Shown: positions 1-19,559 of the stretch, in pieces
Layout: each line of letters opens with the position of its first letter
Numbering within the stretch: the first letter of the stretch is position 1
Assembly: GCF_009914755.1 (NCBI RefSeq)
Contig: NC_060928.1
Strand: one strand, 5' to 3'
Origin: the human T2T-CHM13v2.0 reference genome, Homo sapiens
DNA: 64,000 bases
Program-made: the position numbers and the translations under genes
Notes under the pieces: generated by a model
Databases searched by the model: none
Seen by the model: the letters and a program-made list of their open reading frames with translations, nothing else
What the model was told of the DNA's origin: nothing

Positions 1-994
1 TCAAACAGGATCTCCACGATGAGGGTCAGGTGGCTTTAGGGATGGGAGTGGAAGAAAGTGAGAGTCAGACCTCTCGAGTCACAGTGTTTGCGGGAGTCTG
101 GGTGGGGGCAGGTCAGTCAGGGGAGGTCATCAGGTCTTGACAAAGCCAGAACAAGTGACAGCTGCTTTCAGCCAGAGACTGACAATAAGACGAGCAGCCA
201 CTGGGCAGTCCAGAGACACCTTCTGCAAAGCCACGTCTGAGAAGCCCTATGCTCCAAAGCCTCAAAAATGAAGTGTGCCCTCATATACTCAGATGCCAAC
301 CCCAGGAAAAAGAAATGAAGCAGAAACAGAAGCCAGAGAGGTGAGTCATTCCAGAGAGGCTGCTTTGACCAGTCCTAAAAGAGAGAGTTCAGTGAATTTT
401 TAAGATTAAAATTGGAAATAGAGAGGAAACCATTTAGATTGGAAGAGATAGAAATATTTTTCATTGACGAATCTGTTATTTCTGCTATCCAGGGTGGTGG
501 GAGCCCCAGGAAGACGATCAGTTATAGATGAAAGTAAGAAATTGCATTTACTCTGCAAATCTGTGTGCCTTGTGAGTAATGTTGTGACCCTGCTATAATT
601 CATTGGAGTTGTAGAGGAGAGCCTTTGCTGTTGGCCAAGATTACAGATATAAGGAGCACCCAGAATGGAACTAGATGGGCAGACAGGAGATATGAGCATT
701 GCTGTTACCTAACTTTGTAACTGGGAGTGAATGCTTTCTTTCTCTTTAAACATGGCCATTTGACCAGATCTGTGATTCTAAAGTGGGGGTTGCAAACTGC
801 AAATGCCCACAGGAGCCAGGCAGATAAGGCAAAGGGATGAAGTGGACCAGATGGGAAATGGGTGAACTGGAGCCCTTTTCCCCGCATGTGCACAGGGCAG
901 ATGCTGCTTGAGTCCTGCAGGAATAAAGTTTGGTGTTCCCAGATAATAGGTTATGTTTACTAAGGGTTTAATATGCTTTAAACAAATCGATGAT

Positions 995-1180
995 CTCATT
1001 TTAAGCTCACAATAACCCTATTCAGGAGGTACTATTATTATCTCTATTTTTCAGATGAGGAAAATAACTGGAGTTCCTTCCAGTCCTGAGGTAGAGAGGA
1101 TAAATAACTTGATGAAGGTCAGAGAAGTAGAAAGTTGCAGAACTGGGATTAAGACCCAGACAGTCCAGCTGCAGAGCATG
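995..1180 (-). mobile_element. MIR SINE fragment
   Basis: Core 'ttttcagatgaggaaa...aaggtca...gaactgggattaagacccag' matches the antisense MIR core; boundaries approximate. Confidence 0.6.
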
Positions 1181-1769
1181 CTTGATCATGACGGCACAGT
1201 TCTCCTGATTTTTCCTGATTAGTGGGACATTGAGATTTTTTAAAAATTAAAATCTTGCAATTAAAAAATGAAAAGTTAAAAAAACAAAAAACAAAAACTC
1301 AGCGAGCTGCAGAAGACCAAAGTGAAAACTGAGCGAGCTTCAGAAGGTCTGTGAGTTGCCAGCTTGTATTTGGCATTCCAAGTCAATGACTCATGATGTA
1401 TCGTTGGAAAGCAATGATTTTGTAGGGTTGTTTTCCCCAAATATTCATACCAGAGTATAAACTTGTAGATTTTCCTTCAGAGTAGTCAAGTCGGGCACCT
1501 ACACACTGTTTCAGATAATGTTTCTTTGGCCCAAAATATTTTCAAAATTCCACGTTTGGAATTGCCTTCAGAAAGGTTCACAAATCAGTTATATTATCTT
1601 GTGGTCATATCTCATTTGGTGAGATATGGTAGAGAGTGTGTGTGCATGGGCATACACACCTGTGCTTATGCGCACACACACACAGAGTGGCTGCTCATGT
1701 TTTGCTGATGGATACTCAGAGGCATGTAGAGAATTTCACATTTCCAAAACAACAAAGAATTAGTGGAGG

Positions 1770-2337
1770 TGTCAGAGGTGTTTGAACCAGAGTGACTCCA
1801 TCTTGAATAGGTGTGATAGGAATCAGCAGGAAGAGTTTTGCAAGGTTCAAGCCACAAAGACCTCACGGATCAAATGAGATTAGGTGAAGAAGCTGGCCAA
1901 AACCCACCAAAACTAAGATGGCCCTAAAAGGGACCTCTGTCATCCTCACTGCTCATTAAAAGCTAATTAAAATGTATTAGCATGCTAAAAGACACTCCCA
2001 CCAGTGCCATGACAGTTTACAAATGCCATGGCAACATCCGGAAGTTACCACATATGGTCCAAAATGGAGAGGAACTCTCAGTTCTGGGAGCCCCCACCCC
2101 TTTCTCAGAAAACTCATGAATAATCCACCCTTTGTTTAGCAGATCATCAAGAGATAATCTTATATATAATCAGTCAAGCACCCATGCCGATGCTCTGCCT
2201 ATGGAGTAGCGATTCCTTTATTTCTTCTTTAATAAACTTGGTTTCACTTTACTCTGTAAATTTGCCCAGAATTCTTTCTTGCGTGAGATCTGAGAACCCT
2301 CTCTTGGGGTCTAGATCAGGACCACTTTCCAGTAACA
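1770..2337 (+). mobile_element. MER41B-like ERV1 solo LTR
   Basis: Starts TGTCAGAGGTGTTTGAACCAGAG, ends TTTCCAGTAACA; internal AATAAA; flanks gagg/gaag (degenerate 4-bp TSD). Confidence 0.88.
2102..2110. promoter_or_regulatory. GAS (STAT) motif TTCTCAGAA inside MER41B
   Basis: TTC-N3-GAA at the position of the MER41B tandem GAS sites; the partner site at 2082-2090 is degenerate (TTCTGGGAG). Confidence 0.5.
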
Positions 2338-5300
2338 GAAGAGCTAGGAATAAAAATGCAATCCCTGCCTCAGTAAAGCAGTTCGTTACCACTACTCTAT
2401 ATTTCCCTTCCTCTCATTCACAACCTCTCTCCTCCCCTGCCCTCATTCACAGAATATATGATTCAGAATAGGGCTGCAGTATAGTTGGGTTGGGGGAAAT
2501 TATCATAGACAATGGGAAGGTGTGGGGAAACTCATGTAAGGAGAATTACCTGGAGCATGGGGGGGCCAAATAAAATGTTTATTGAGTAAATGAATGATGA
2601 GTTAGAGTGAGAACAGCTTGGAGGTTATCTCAGTTCCTGGCTATTATAACAAAACCTTAGACTGGGTGATTTGTAAACAACAGGTATGCATTCCTCACAG
2701 GGCTGGAGCTCGAGAAGTCCAATATTAAGGCTGTAGCCAATTTAGTGTCTGGTGATGGCTGCTCTCTGCTTCATAGATCTGGCACCTTCTATGTGTCTTC
2801 ACATGGCAGATGGGACAAACAGGTTCCCTCAAGCCTTTTTTAACAAGGGCACTAATTCCATTCATGAGCCCTCATGACCTAATCCCCAAATCCTCCACCT
2901 CTTAATACTATCACACTGGGGATGACGTTTCATGTCAAAGTTCATATGAATTGTTGGGGGGACACAAATATTCAGACCACAGCATTCCACCTCTTCCCCC
3001 ACTAAATTTATGTCCATTTCACAGGCAAAATAGATTCATGCCATCTCAACAGCCCCCAAAATCTTAACTCTTCCAGGATCAACTCAAAAGTCTAAAGTCC
3101 AGAGTCTTAATCAGATGTGGATTGATATGGTTTGGATATGTGTTCCTTCTAAGTCTCATGTTCAATTGTTATCCCTAGTATTAAGAGTTGGGGCCTACTG
3201 GGAGGTGTTTGGTTCATGGAGGCAGATCCCTCTTGGTTTGGTGCTGTCCTCGAGATAGTGAGTTCTCATGAGATCTGGTTGTTTAAGTGTGTGGCACCTC
3301 CCCCCTCACTCGCTTGCTCCCACTCTGCCATGTGAGATACCTATTCCTGCTTTGCCTTCCACCACAAATAAAAGCTCCTTGAGTCCTTCCCAGAAGCTGG
3401 GCAGATGCTTGTGCCATGCTTCTCGTACAGCCTGCAGAAACATGAGCCAATTAAACCTCTTCTTTTATAAATTGCTCAGTCTCAGGTATTTCTTTATAGC
3501 AATGCAAAAAATGGCCTAATACAGAAAATTGGTATCAAGAATGTGGAAGTGTTTCTGGAATTGGGTAACAGGCAGAGGTTGGAAGAGTTTGAAAGGCTCA
3601 GAAGAGAACAGGAAGATGAGGTAAAGTTTGGAACATCCTAGGGCCTGGTTAAAAGGTTGTGACCAAAATGCTGATAGTGATATGGGCAGTGAAGTCCAGG
3701 CTGCTGAGGTCTCAGATGGAAATGAGAAATTTATTGCGAACTGGAGTGAAGGTCATGTGTGTTGTGCATTAGCAAAGAGTTTGTCTGCATTGTGTTTATG
3801 ACTTAGGGATCTCTGGAAGTTTGAACTTGAGAGTGATAATTTAGACTATCTGGTGGAAGAAATTTCTAAGAGTAAAGCATGCAAGATGTTGCCTGGCTGT
3901 TTTCTAACATCCTAGGCTCAGATGCAGGAGCAAATAAATGACTTAAAATTATAACTGATATTTGAAAGGGCAGCAGAGCATAAATATTTGAAAAATTGAA
4001 GCCTGGCCATGTAGTAGAAAGAAAAGCCCATTTTAAGGGGAATAATCCAAGCAGGCTGTGAAGCAACCACTTGCTAGAGAGATTTTCGTAACTAAAAAGG
4101 GGCAAGGTGCTGATAGCCAAGAAAAGGCCTCAAAGGCATTTCAGAGACCTTTGTGACAGCCCCTCCCATCAAGGCCCAGAGGCCAAGAATGGAAAAATGT
4201 TTCCATGGGCCAGGCCCAGGGCCCCTGCTGCCCTACGTGGCCTTAGAACACTGCTCCCTGCATCCCAGCAGCTCCAACCCCAGTCTCAGCTCAAAAAGCT
4301 CCAGATATAGCCATAAGCCTTGGTGGCTTCTACATAGGGTTAAGCCTGCAAATGCTCAGAGTGCAAGAATGAAGGAGGCTTGCCAGCCTCTGCTTAGATA
4401 TCAGAAGATGTATGGAAAAGCCTAGAAGCCCAGGCAGAAGCCTGCCACAGGGACACAGCCCTCACATAGAACCTCTACTAGGGTAGTGCAGAGGAGAAAT
4501 TCTGGGTTGGAGACTCCACACAAATTCCTCACTGGGGCACTACCTAGTAGTTCTGTGAGATGGGGACCACCATGCTTCAGGCCCAGAATGACAGATCCAC
4601 TGGCAGTTTGCATCCTGTGACTGGAAAAGCCACAGTCATTCAACTTGAACCCATGAAAGCAGCCACTGGGGCTGACCCCTGTAAAACCACAGGGGAGTGG
4701 AGATGCCCAAGGTCTTGGGAGCTCACTCCTTGCACCAGTGTGCCCTGGAGGTGGGACCAGGAGTCAAAAGTGATTACTTTGGATACTTGAGATTTGATGA
4801 ATGCCATTCTGGGTTTTGAAATTGCGTGGGGCCTGTAGCCCTTTTCTTTTGGCCAATTTCCTCCTCTTGGAACAGGAATGTATACCTGATGCCTGCACTT
4901 CCATTGACTCTTGGAAGTAAACAACTTGTTTTGATTTTACAATGCTATCTCCATTCATTTCCAGATGAGACTTTGGACTTTGGGACTTTTGAGTTAATGC
5001 TGGAATGAGTCAAGACTTTGGGGGAACTATTGAGAAGGATGATTGTGTTTTGCAGTGTAAGAAGGATATGAGATTTGAGGGTCTGGGGCAGAATAATATG
5101 GTTTGTATCTATGTACCCTCTAAATCTCATGTTGAATTGTAATTCCCAGTGTTGGAGGTGGGACCTGGCGTGAGTTGTTTGGGTTATGGGGGCAGATCCC
5201 TCATGGTATGGTGCTGTCCTAGAGATAGTGAGTTCTCATGATATCTGGTTTTTAAGTGTGTGGCACCTCCCTCCTCACTCTCTTGGTCCTGTACTGCCAT

Positions 5301-5465
5301 GTGAGATAACTGCTCCTGCTTTGCTTTCTACCACAAGTATAAGCTCCTTGAGGCTTCCCCAGAAGTTCAACAGATGCTGACGCCTTGCTTCCTGTACAGC
5401 CTGCAGAACCATGAGCCAATTAAATCTATTTTCTTTATACATTACCCATTTTCACATATTTCTTT

Positions 5466-11332
<5,867 letters not shown>

Positions 11333-12073
11333 CACATATTTCTTTATAGCAGTGAAAAAATGGCCTAACACATGGTGAAACTCAATATTCCTCTTGAGGC
11401 AAATTGCTCTCATCTGTGAACCTGTGAAATCAAACAAGTTATGGGCTTTCAAAACACAATGATGGGATAAGCATAGTAGAGACATTCCCACTTTGAAGTG
11501 GAGAAATAGGATGGAAGAGAGGTGTAACTTTTAAAAAATAAATCCAAAATGAAACAGGACAAACATTAAACCTTAAGACTTGATGATCATCTTCTCTGAC
11601 TCCATGTTCTGTCTTCTGGACACCCAGAGGTAGGAGTTGGGCCCCCAGGGCTCCAGGTGGCTGGGATCATCTCCATGGCTTTGCTGGGCACAGCCCACAC
11701 TGCAGACTTCATGGTTTGGAGTCACTTACCCATGGCTCTCCCAGGATTGATTTTCACACCATAGGTTGCATGCTTCTGAAATCTCAGGGAGGCTCTACAA
11801 GATAATGTCTCATCATGGGTAGTGGAGGAGGGGATGTTCCCTATGGGGCCCCACCCCTCTGGCAGTTCTCTTCCTGGGCCCTTGAGGCTCTCCAGGGCAT
11901 CCTTTGAAATCTGGGTAGAGGCAGCCTTCAACACAAAGCTTTGTACTCTGTACAGTAGTGGAGAGAGCACTGTGTAGACACTGCCATGGTTACCATCTGT
12001 GACTTCTGGAGGGCCAGAGAGGTGTCACACCCAGGTCTGTTTCAGTCCCACAACTGGAAAAGCCAAGGAGTGC

Positions 12074-12453
12074 TGATGTGGTTTGGATTTGTGTCCCTGC
12101 CCAAATCTCATGTTGAATTATAATCCAGTGTTGGAAGAGGGGCCTGGTTGGGGTGATTAGATCACAGAGGCAGTTTCCAATGGTTTATCACCATCCCCCT
12201 AGTGCTGTCTTGTGATAGAGTTCTCCCAAGATCTGTTTGTTTAAAAGTGTGTAGCACCTCCCGCCACACCTCTCTCTTCCTCCTGCTCCAACCATGTAGG
12301 ACGTACCTCTTTCCTCTCCACCTTCCACCATGATTGTAAGTTTCCTAAAGCCTCCACAGTCATGCTTTCTGTACAGCCTGTGAAACTGTGAGTCAATTAA
12401 ACCTCTTTTCTTTATAAATTACCCAGTCTTAGGTAGTTCTTTATACCAATGCT
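12074..12453 (+). mobile_element. MSTA/THE1-type solo LTR, 3' terminus eroded
   Basis: TGATGTGGTTTGG start, MST body, 5-bp TSD agtgc at 12069-12073 and 12454-12458. Confidence 0.8.
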
Positions 12454-12923
12454 AGTGCTATACTGGAATGTCTGGAGAAGAGCAATGAGATCGTTCTGCC
12501 CCAAAATGCTCTGGCATTTTGGGTCTGTGATAGGTGGGCAGACCCAAAAGTCTCTGAAATGACTTCAGGGTCATTGTTTCATTGTCTTGATGAACAGCAT
12601 CTGTTATCCCTCTGATTCATACTAATCTCCTTATCACATGATCACTTGGTCACACCCTTGATCTTCTCTCTTGAACATGCTTCTTCATTCTTTACAACAT
12701 GGCCAGGCTAAGACTTCTCCAAATCTTTAAGTTTTGCTTCCCTTTTGATTATAAATTCCATCTTTAATTAGTTTCTCCTCACGATTTACTATAAGCAGTC
12801 AAGGGAAGTCCTGTCATGCCTTGAGATGAAATTTCAGGTTGAAATAATGCATCATATACTGTTTAAAGATGTATTATACACTGTTATCTTTCAGTGAAAG
12901 GAAGTGTTTAACAAACAAGCACT

Positions 12924-13654
12924 TGTCAAACTGAAATAATCAAAAGAGTCAGGATCCAGTTTTAAAGAGTTTCTTCACGTGAAAAGCTAGGAATGGATAT
13001 TCTGGGACACAAAACTCCAGAGGAACAGGGTCAGTTCTCCAAAGTTGAAAGTTAATTTCTTGCATGTATAGGAAGAACACAAAAAAATTTTAACAGGGTT
13101 ACAAAATGTTCTATACAAGACTAATTTAAGAATTATAATAAATTAATTACAGTCCCCCTTCCCCTTGAGGATTGTTTTCTCTTTTTTATATAGCTTGTCT
13201 TCGTTTCCTTTACAATTTAAAATAATTTAAGGCAATGTGATAGCCATGAAGTCTTTGTTTAAGACGGGTAAGAGAGAAGTTGGACTGTCATAAAAGTCAA
13301 CCCTGGAGAGGAAAGAGGGTCTTCCCTGGTACCCTTAGGCCATTTACAATGTTTTATAAAACAATGCAGGTAAGGGAAAAGTCTTAATCTATAATCAAAG
13401 AAACAAAAGATTACAGCTTCCTAGGTTATAGCTGCCTGTCATAGTGACTCAGGTTCCATAATCATATTTTTCTAAGGCTCAAAATAACTTAGAGTTCCAA
13501 CATCTTAGATTTTTCAAAAGTTTATTCACCTATTTTTAAAAGGACGGTGTCTCACTATGTTGCCCCGGAGATGGTGTCTCAAATTCCTGGTCTCAAGTGA
13601 TCAGGTCCTGCCTTGGCCTCATAAGAGCTTAGATTTTGAATTAATTATTTCAAA
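12924..13654 (-). mobile_element. ERV1 (MER4-group) LTR, subfamily uncertain
   Basis: Minus strand begins ~TGAAATAATTAATTCAAAATCTAAG and ends TTTGACA; interrupts the MaLR internal sequence. Confidence 0.55.
13514..13627 (-). mobile_element. Alu monomer (FLAM-like)
   Basis: gtctcactatgttgcc...ctcaagtgatc...ccttggcctc; TSD cttagatttt at 13504-13513 and 13628-13637. Confidence 0.65.
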
Positions 13655-14024
13655 ATTTTGCTTAGATATTTCTTCTACCAAATATCCTAGTTCATCACTC
13701 TTAAGTTCTACCTTCCACACAACACTAGAACACAAGTACAATTTAACCAAGTTCAGTTCCACTTTATAATAAGGATGCCCATGAGGAGCATGTTATTGGA
13801 AACTGGAGGAGAGGTCATCCTTGTTATAAAGTGGACCTTTCTGAGATCTACTGTTCATATTTCTACCAATATTCTGATTATGAAATCTTAGGGAATCTCT
13901 AAGAAGATTAAGATGTTTTCTCCAGCTCTCCTGTTTTTCTGACCCTCACCAGAGTTACCCTTTATAGTCCATTCACAGCAATACAGGCTTTTTCCAGCAT
14001 GCACTTCAAAACTGTTCTAGCCTC

Positions 14025-14302
14025 GGCTGGGCGTGGTGGCTCACACCTGTAATCCCAGCACTTTGGGAGGCCGAGGCAGGTGTATCACGAGGTCAGGAGA
14101 TCGAGACCATCCTGGCTAACATGGTGAAACCCCGTCTCTACAAAAATATAAAAAATTAGCCAGGCATGGTGGCACACACCTGTAGTCTCAGGTACTCAGA
14201 GGGCTGAGGCAGGAGAGTGGCATGAACCCGAGAGGCAGAACTTGCAGTGAGCCAAGATCACGCCACTGCACTCCAGCCTTGGTGACAGAGCGAGACTGTC
14301 TC
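14025..14302 (+). mobile_element. AluY-like element lacking poly(A) tail
   Basis: Diagnostic 'atcacgaggtcaggagatcgagaccatcctggctaac' and 'ggcatgaaccc...cttgcagtgagc'. Confidence 0.9.
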
Positions 14303-14578
14303 TACCTGTTACTCAGTTACAAACCTTTATCCACACTTTAAGATACATTTTACAATTTATTAAAGCAGCATCCTACGTCTCAGTTTCTATCTCAGCCTGT
14401 TCAAGCTGCTATAACTAAATACTTTAGACTGGTAGTTTATAAACAAGAGAAATGTATTGCTCAAAGTTCTGGAAGCTGGAAAGTCCAAGATCAAGGCTCC
14501 AGCAGGCTTGATGTCTGGTGAGGGCTGTTCTTGGTTTCATACATATGGCACCTTCTATGTATCCTCACATGGTGGATG

Positions 14579-15132
14579 TGTTGCCAGAAAAGGAATCTTG
14601 ATCCAGACCCCAAAAGAGGGTTTTTGGATCTTGTGCAGAAAGGAATTCAAGGTGAGCCACAGAGTGTGGTGAGAAGAGAAAGTTACTCAGATACAGAGTA
14701 CGACATCCTCAGAAAACAAGAGGAGGAATGCATGGCCTTTGTTTTATATTCTTCTTATGTAGGTTTTTGTTTCTTTTAATCAACTTAAAAGCTAAGCTAA
14801 GTTACGACTATGTGTGGATGGGCTGACAGTATGAAAAAATGTATTACTTTGTTGATATAAAGAAGGTTATCCTTGGCATTTTAGTGCATAAGTACATCAA
14901 AGAATGACTATAATAATCTTAAAAGCATATATTGTTATATAATATTCGGACATCTGGACATTCTGCTGTTGTAGGAGTTTGTGCTTGTAGTCATTATTAG
15001 GCAGCTTCCTTAGCCATAAACATCTTATTACCATGGGTTGTGACTGGCAGGGAATGTGCCTTGCTAGTTTTAAGATGGGATGGGTTTTAAAACGGGTCAT
15101 CCTGGCTGTCCTATTCTTCTATTTCCCTAATA
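14579..15132 (-). mobile_element. MER41C/E-like ERV1 solo LTR nested in the MaLR LTR
   Basis: MER41-type 3' end (tgttgccagaaaagg...gatccagacccc); 4-bp TSD gatg at 14575-14578 and 15133-15136. Confidence 0.75.
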
Positions 15133-15304
15133 GATGGGGAAAATAGGCTTTCTCAAGCCTATTTTATAAGGGAACTAATCCCTAATCACCTCCCAAAGGC
15201 CCCACCTCTTAATAATATTACATTTGAGATGAAATTTTTACATATGTTCATTTTGAGGGAACACAGTCAGACCACAGCAGAGGTAGCAATCAAGTAAGAC
15301 ATGG

Positions 15305-15455
15305 ATAATAACAATAGCAACATAGGAAACTGTATGCCAGATGTTCCCTGGGTATTGCACATACATTATGTCATTTAACTCTCACTACAATCCCATGGGG
15401 TAAGTACTATTGTCTTCCCTATTGTATGGATGAGTATCTAGGGCTTAGAGAAACA
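15305..15455 (-). mobile_element. MIR fragment
   Basis: 'tcatttaactctcactacaatcccatggggtaagtactatt...ggatgag...ggcttagaga'. Confidence 0.55.
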
Positions 15456-15523
15456 GTTGGCTTGGGAAGGGAAGGAGACGCTGATTTGTACTGTCTCCCA
15501 TTTTCCATGGTGTAAAATATCAC

Positions 15524-16031
15524 TATTCTGAGGTGTTAAGTGAGGTACTTAAGTTAGGTTAGGTGTTATCCAGTTTTGGCACAGTAAAGGGGCATTTAGA
15601 TAGGAATGGTGACAAAATTAAGTTTATTACTCACAGATCCCAAGAGTGGAAGGCAGCACAGACCACAAGAGGGGACCTTCCAGGACGTGTAACCAGTCGG
15701 GGAAAGAAAGGGAGGGACCTGTGGGCTGAAGGCTTTATGGGAGTCCAAGACATTACCTAGGTGGTTTCGTGTGACAGATTTGGACTGGTTCATTTTCAGG
15801 TGGGGTATGGCTAGGTTTGGGAATTTGGGAGTTACATTCTTGGGTTCACCAGACTTAATGAAGAAGTAAGGTGGTCAAGTGGTTCAAGGTATGGCCTTAT
15901 CTATCTAGAACATGAAACTGGGAACTGGGTACACAGACTGTCTTACAATATGTAGGCCAAAGGTGACAAGCCAGGGACACAACGAGCAGACGGATGCCAA
16001 GGCCGCATTAATGCAAATGAGAGTTATGACA
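15524..16031 (-). mobile_element. ERVL-class solo LTR inserted in a MER63-like hAT relic (~15475-16135)
   Basis: 5-bp TSD atcac at 15519-15523 and 16032-16036; flanks rejoin as a MER63-like 'ttccatggtgtaaa...caccatagctaatttcaagctaccaac'. Confidence 0.55.
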
Positions 16032-16826
16032 ATCACCATAGCTAATTTCAAGCTACCAACACAATGTCACTGAAAGTAGGATTGGAAAGAGATGCACAAA
16101 ATTTGCTCCCATGTGCCAGTTAGCCATCTTTAGTACCTGTCTGCTTAGTTAAACAATTTCCTCAAAAGCACTTCTCTGCACATTAATGGCAAAGCCAGGC
16201 TCAATCCTTGGTCTCACCCTGAAACACCTCTTAATCATTGCACTATAGCACCTCTTTGTTAAGCCACCCAGGATTTAAAACAAATCCACTTTGGAATGCC
16301 AGCAGTAGCAAAGAAGGGGAAAGGACGGATTAGAGAAAGCACTCTAAAAGACAAAGTTTTCTAATTTTTTTCAGCCCAGCAGCCCTAAAACCAGAGTTCA
16401 AAGATCAATGATCAATTAGTATCCAGCTGCCAAAAGATAATAGTGCTTTAAGCTTAGCAGAAAATCATGTAAACTCTTCTCTGGGAAGAGATTTCCTAGG
16501 GAGAATTAAGTAGCAGTACTAACAGAATTCATTTGGGAGGAACTGAGAAAACTTTCATGTTTAATCCATAGATTTGCAGTTAAAGCTGTGGGGTTGAGCA
16601 CAGAGGGGTAACAATATAACATCTCTTGAGATTATGGGATTAAAGAATCAGGTATTTGTAGGTATTTCAAAGTGAAACTCAGTGGGGGTTGTTGCAGGGG
16701 GGTGCTGGGGGGTAACTTCCAAATTCTTCTGTGTCGTCTTCTATACTCAAACTTGTTGATTGCAGTAAAAGCTCTGGCTTGATTGAGCCATTGGCACATG
16801 GTGCTTAATTTGATGTATATGGTGCT

Positions 16827-16985
16827 CAGTGTGGCACATTGGAAAGAGCTTTGAACTGGATCCTAGTCTCAGCTTTGCCATTACTGGGCTGGCTGACTTA
16901 GGATATACTATGCTGGGCCTGTTTTTGCCATTTGTAACTCAAAAGGGTTGGACTAGATTGGTTTTTAAAGTCTGTTCCAACTCTA
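16827..16985 (+). mobile_element. MIR3-like fragment
   Basis: 'cagtgtggcacattggaaagagc...gggttggactagat...ttccaactct'. Confidence 0.5.
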
Positions 16986-17084
16986 TAAGGTTTCAATTTT
17001 GTGACCCTTAAATATTTTCATGTCCTAAGTGATATGATTCATGAAGAAACTTTGAAGAAGCAAAATTAACTTGGACACAGAATA

Positions 17085-17235
17085 ACCATAACAGTAAACA
17101 TTTCTATGGCACCTCTTAGTGCCAGACACTGTTGTAAGTGCTTTACCCATGTTAAATCATGAAATCTTTACAACAATCATTTGAAGTAGGTAATATTATT
17201 AGCTCCATTTTACAGATGAGGAAACTGAAACAAAA
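17085..17235 (-). mobile_element. MIR fragment
   Basis: Core 'ccattttacagatgaggaaactga'. Confidence 0.65.
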
Positions 17236-19101
17236 AGTATTGCATAAGCCAATGCATAGGGGCTTTTCTAATCCTTACTACATGGATGAAGAAACTAGGG
17301 CTCATAGGCAGTAGTGTGCTGCTAGCTTGTGGCAGAGATGGAACAGGTCCTGTGGGCTGGCAGCAGCTCCATGAATGGTCCCAGGAGCACGTGGCTAGGG
17401 GAACCTGGGGAGGCAGAGAAATGAGGCCCAGTCCACTCTCATCCTGGGTCATTATGGGATAAACCACACCACAGTGGAGGAGACAGCAGCTGTGGACAGC
17501 TAGCTTCCAGCCCCCATCTCCTTCACTGCACTGCATTGCAGGGCTTCCTTAGCTGTGGTAGCCCCAGGTTGGTGAGGTGGTGGGTGTCTGAGGTGGTCGC
17601 CTTCCCAGAGTCCTGATGCTGTCAGCATTTTCCTGGTCTGCTCTAACCCACATGCTTACCTCTGCATTGAGAAAGGCCATCTCACTTCCTCTCTTATCAC
17701 CTCCCACAATCCCTCAAGGCCCGAAGGGGCAGGTTCTAAACTTTCCCTCCCATTATTTCATATCTTCTTATCCTCAACAGCAAGCCTGTTGTCCAGGCAT
17801 TATGGGCAGAAAAGGGATTTTCCCTATTCATTGGAAGACACTGTGCATTCAGTTTTCTGAGACTGGCTCTGGACCTGTTGGGAGATGCGATGGCCATGTA
17901 GGTCCCCACGAGGTCTTATGGGTGTGCTGAGTGTGTGGCTCTCACTCCTGTCCTGGCCACTCCTCAGGGTTATGTTTGCAGGGAGTAGCCTGAGGGATGA
18001 GGAAACATCTTACCCTAGACAGAGAGCAGGCTTGCTGTGAAAGAGCTCTCCCTAAACTCAGTGATTCCTTGGCCATGACACAAATCATTCTCATCCTGCT
18101 CCTGTCTATTTTGTGAATTTGATGAGGTTTACTGAAATACTTTGGCAGTTGATTTGTAGCATTTGTCACTTTTCTTACTGTACGCAGCTTTAATCTGTAG
18201 TTGTGTTTGAGCCAGAACATATACAAAGCCAGGTGGTTAAATGTTTCTAGAAAGAACTAGTTGTTTATTGGCTTCCTGGCTCCAGACAATCTGATTCATG
18301 ATTTAATATGACCTCCTACAGACTAGCAGGAGGAAGATGAAGCACTGTGAACCCTGCTTACTTTTAAAGTTTGCAAGAGTTTTTGTTTGTTTGTTTGTTT
18401 GTTTGTTTATGCCAGGGGTAGGCACTTTTCCTCGAAAAGATTGTTTTAAGGTAACAAAGTGGACAAAGGTCACATGTTAAATGCAAGAAGGTATTTGGTA
18501 GGCTGACTGCACCCACTGTCCCAGTTTTGTGGAATGAGCCATTGTACCAAGACAATTATGTAAACCTGCTCCTTGCCCTTAAGGAATGGTAAAACGCCAG
18601 GCAGACCCGTTGATGAGACCACAGAGGATTATAATAAACGCCTTCCACTGCTGTGTGACTGAGCCTTTGGGCACGTGTGTCATGCAGAAATTGGGGTTGT
18701 GCCAAAGTGTAGGTGAAAAGCCCAGGCAAGTACAGGACTTTGGTTGAAGCACTGCAACATGCCAAGGAAGGTATGAAGACTCAAGAGACTAAAGTGAAGT
18801 CAAGGGTGAGCTAGATACCACCAGGGACCTAGAATCCCCAGGAATCCTTACCCAATTCCTTTAATAATACAATGACAGGTGTGTTTCCTTTCACCAAAGC
18901 ATATAAAAGTTGGATCAAAGCAGCCACCTCCCAGTGGTGAAAATTGTCACTATTTGGTAGCTCCTCCTCTACTGAAATTTTGTGAAAATGTTTTAAGTGA
19001 AGAAAAAGACCGAGACTCAAGGATAGTAAACATTCTGCTAAGTTTTCAATTTTTTGGAACATGGAGATCCTTCCCACAAAATCACATAAAGTCATTAACA
19101 G

Positions 19102-19412
<311 letters not shown>

Positions 19413-19559
19413 TCATTAATAAAGGAGATTGAATGCATTTTTCTTCAGTCCTTTCTGAATTTGGACAGTCTGAGACCTCATTCCCATCACTAATATGTGT
19501 GTCCTTTCTAATATAGTATGTTGAAAAGCATTGTTTCTATTTGGTTTATCTGGAGTCCA

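Noticed and set aside
1294-1346. 22-bp direct repeat (aaaact.agcgagct.cagaag twice, period 31)
   Set aside because: Only two units with a 9-bp spacer; a small local duplication, not a CRISPR-like array
3866-5130. Cluster of short ORFs
   Set aside because: Decayed MSTA internal region
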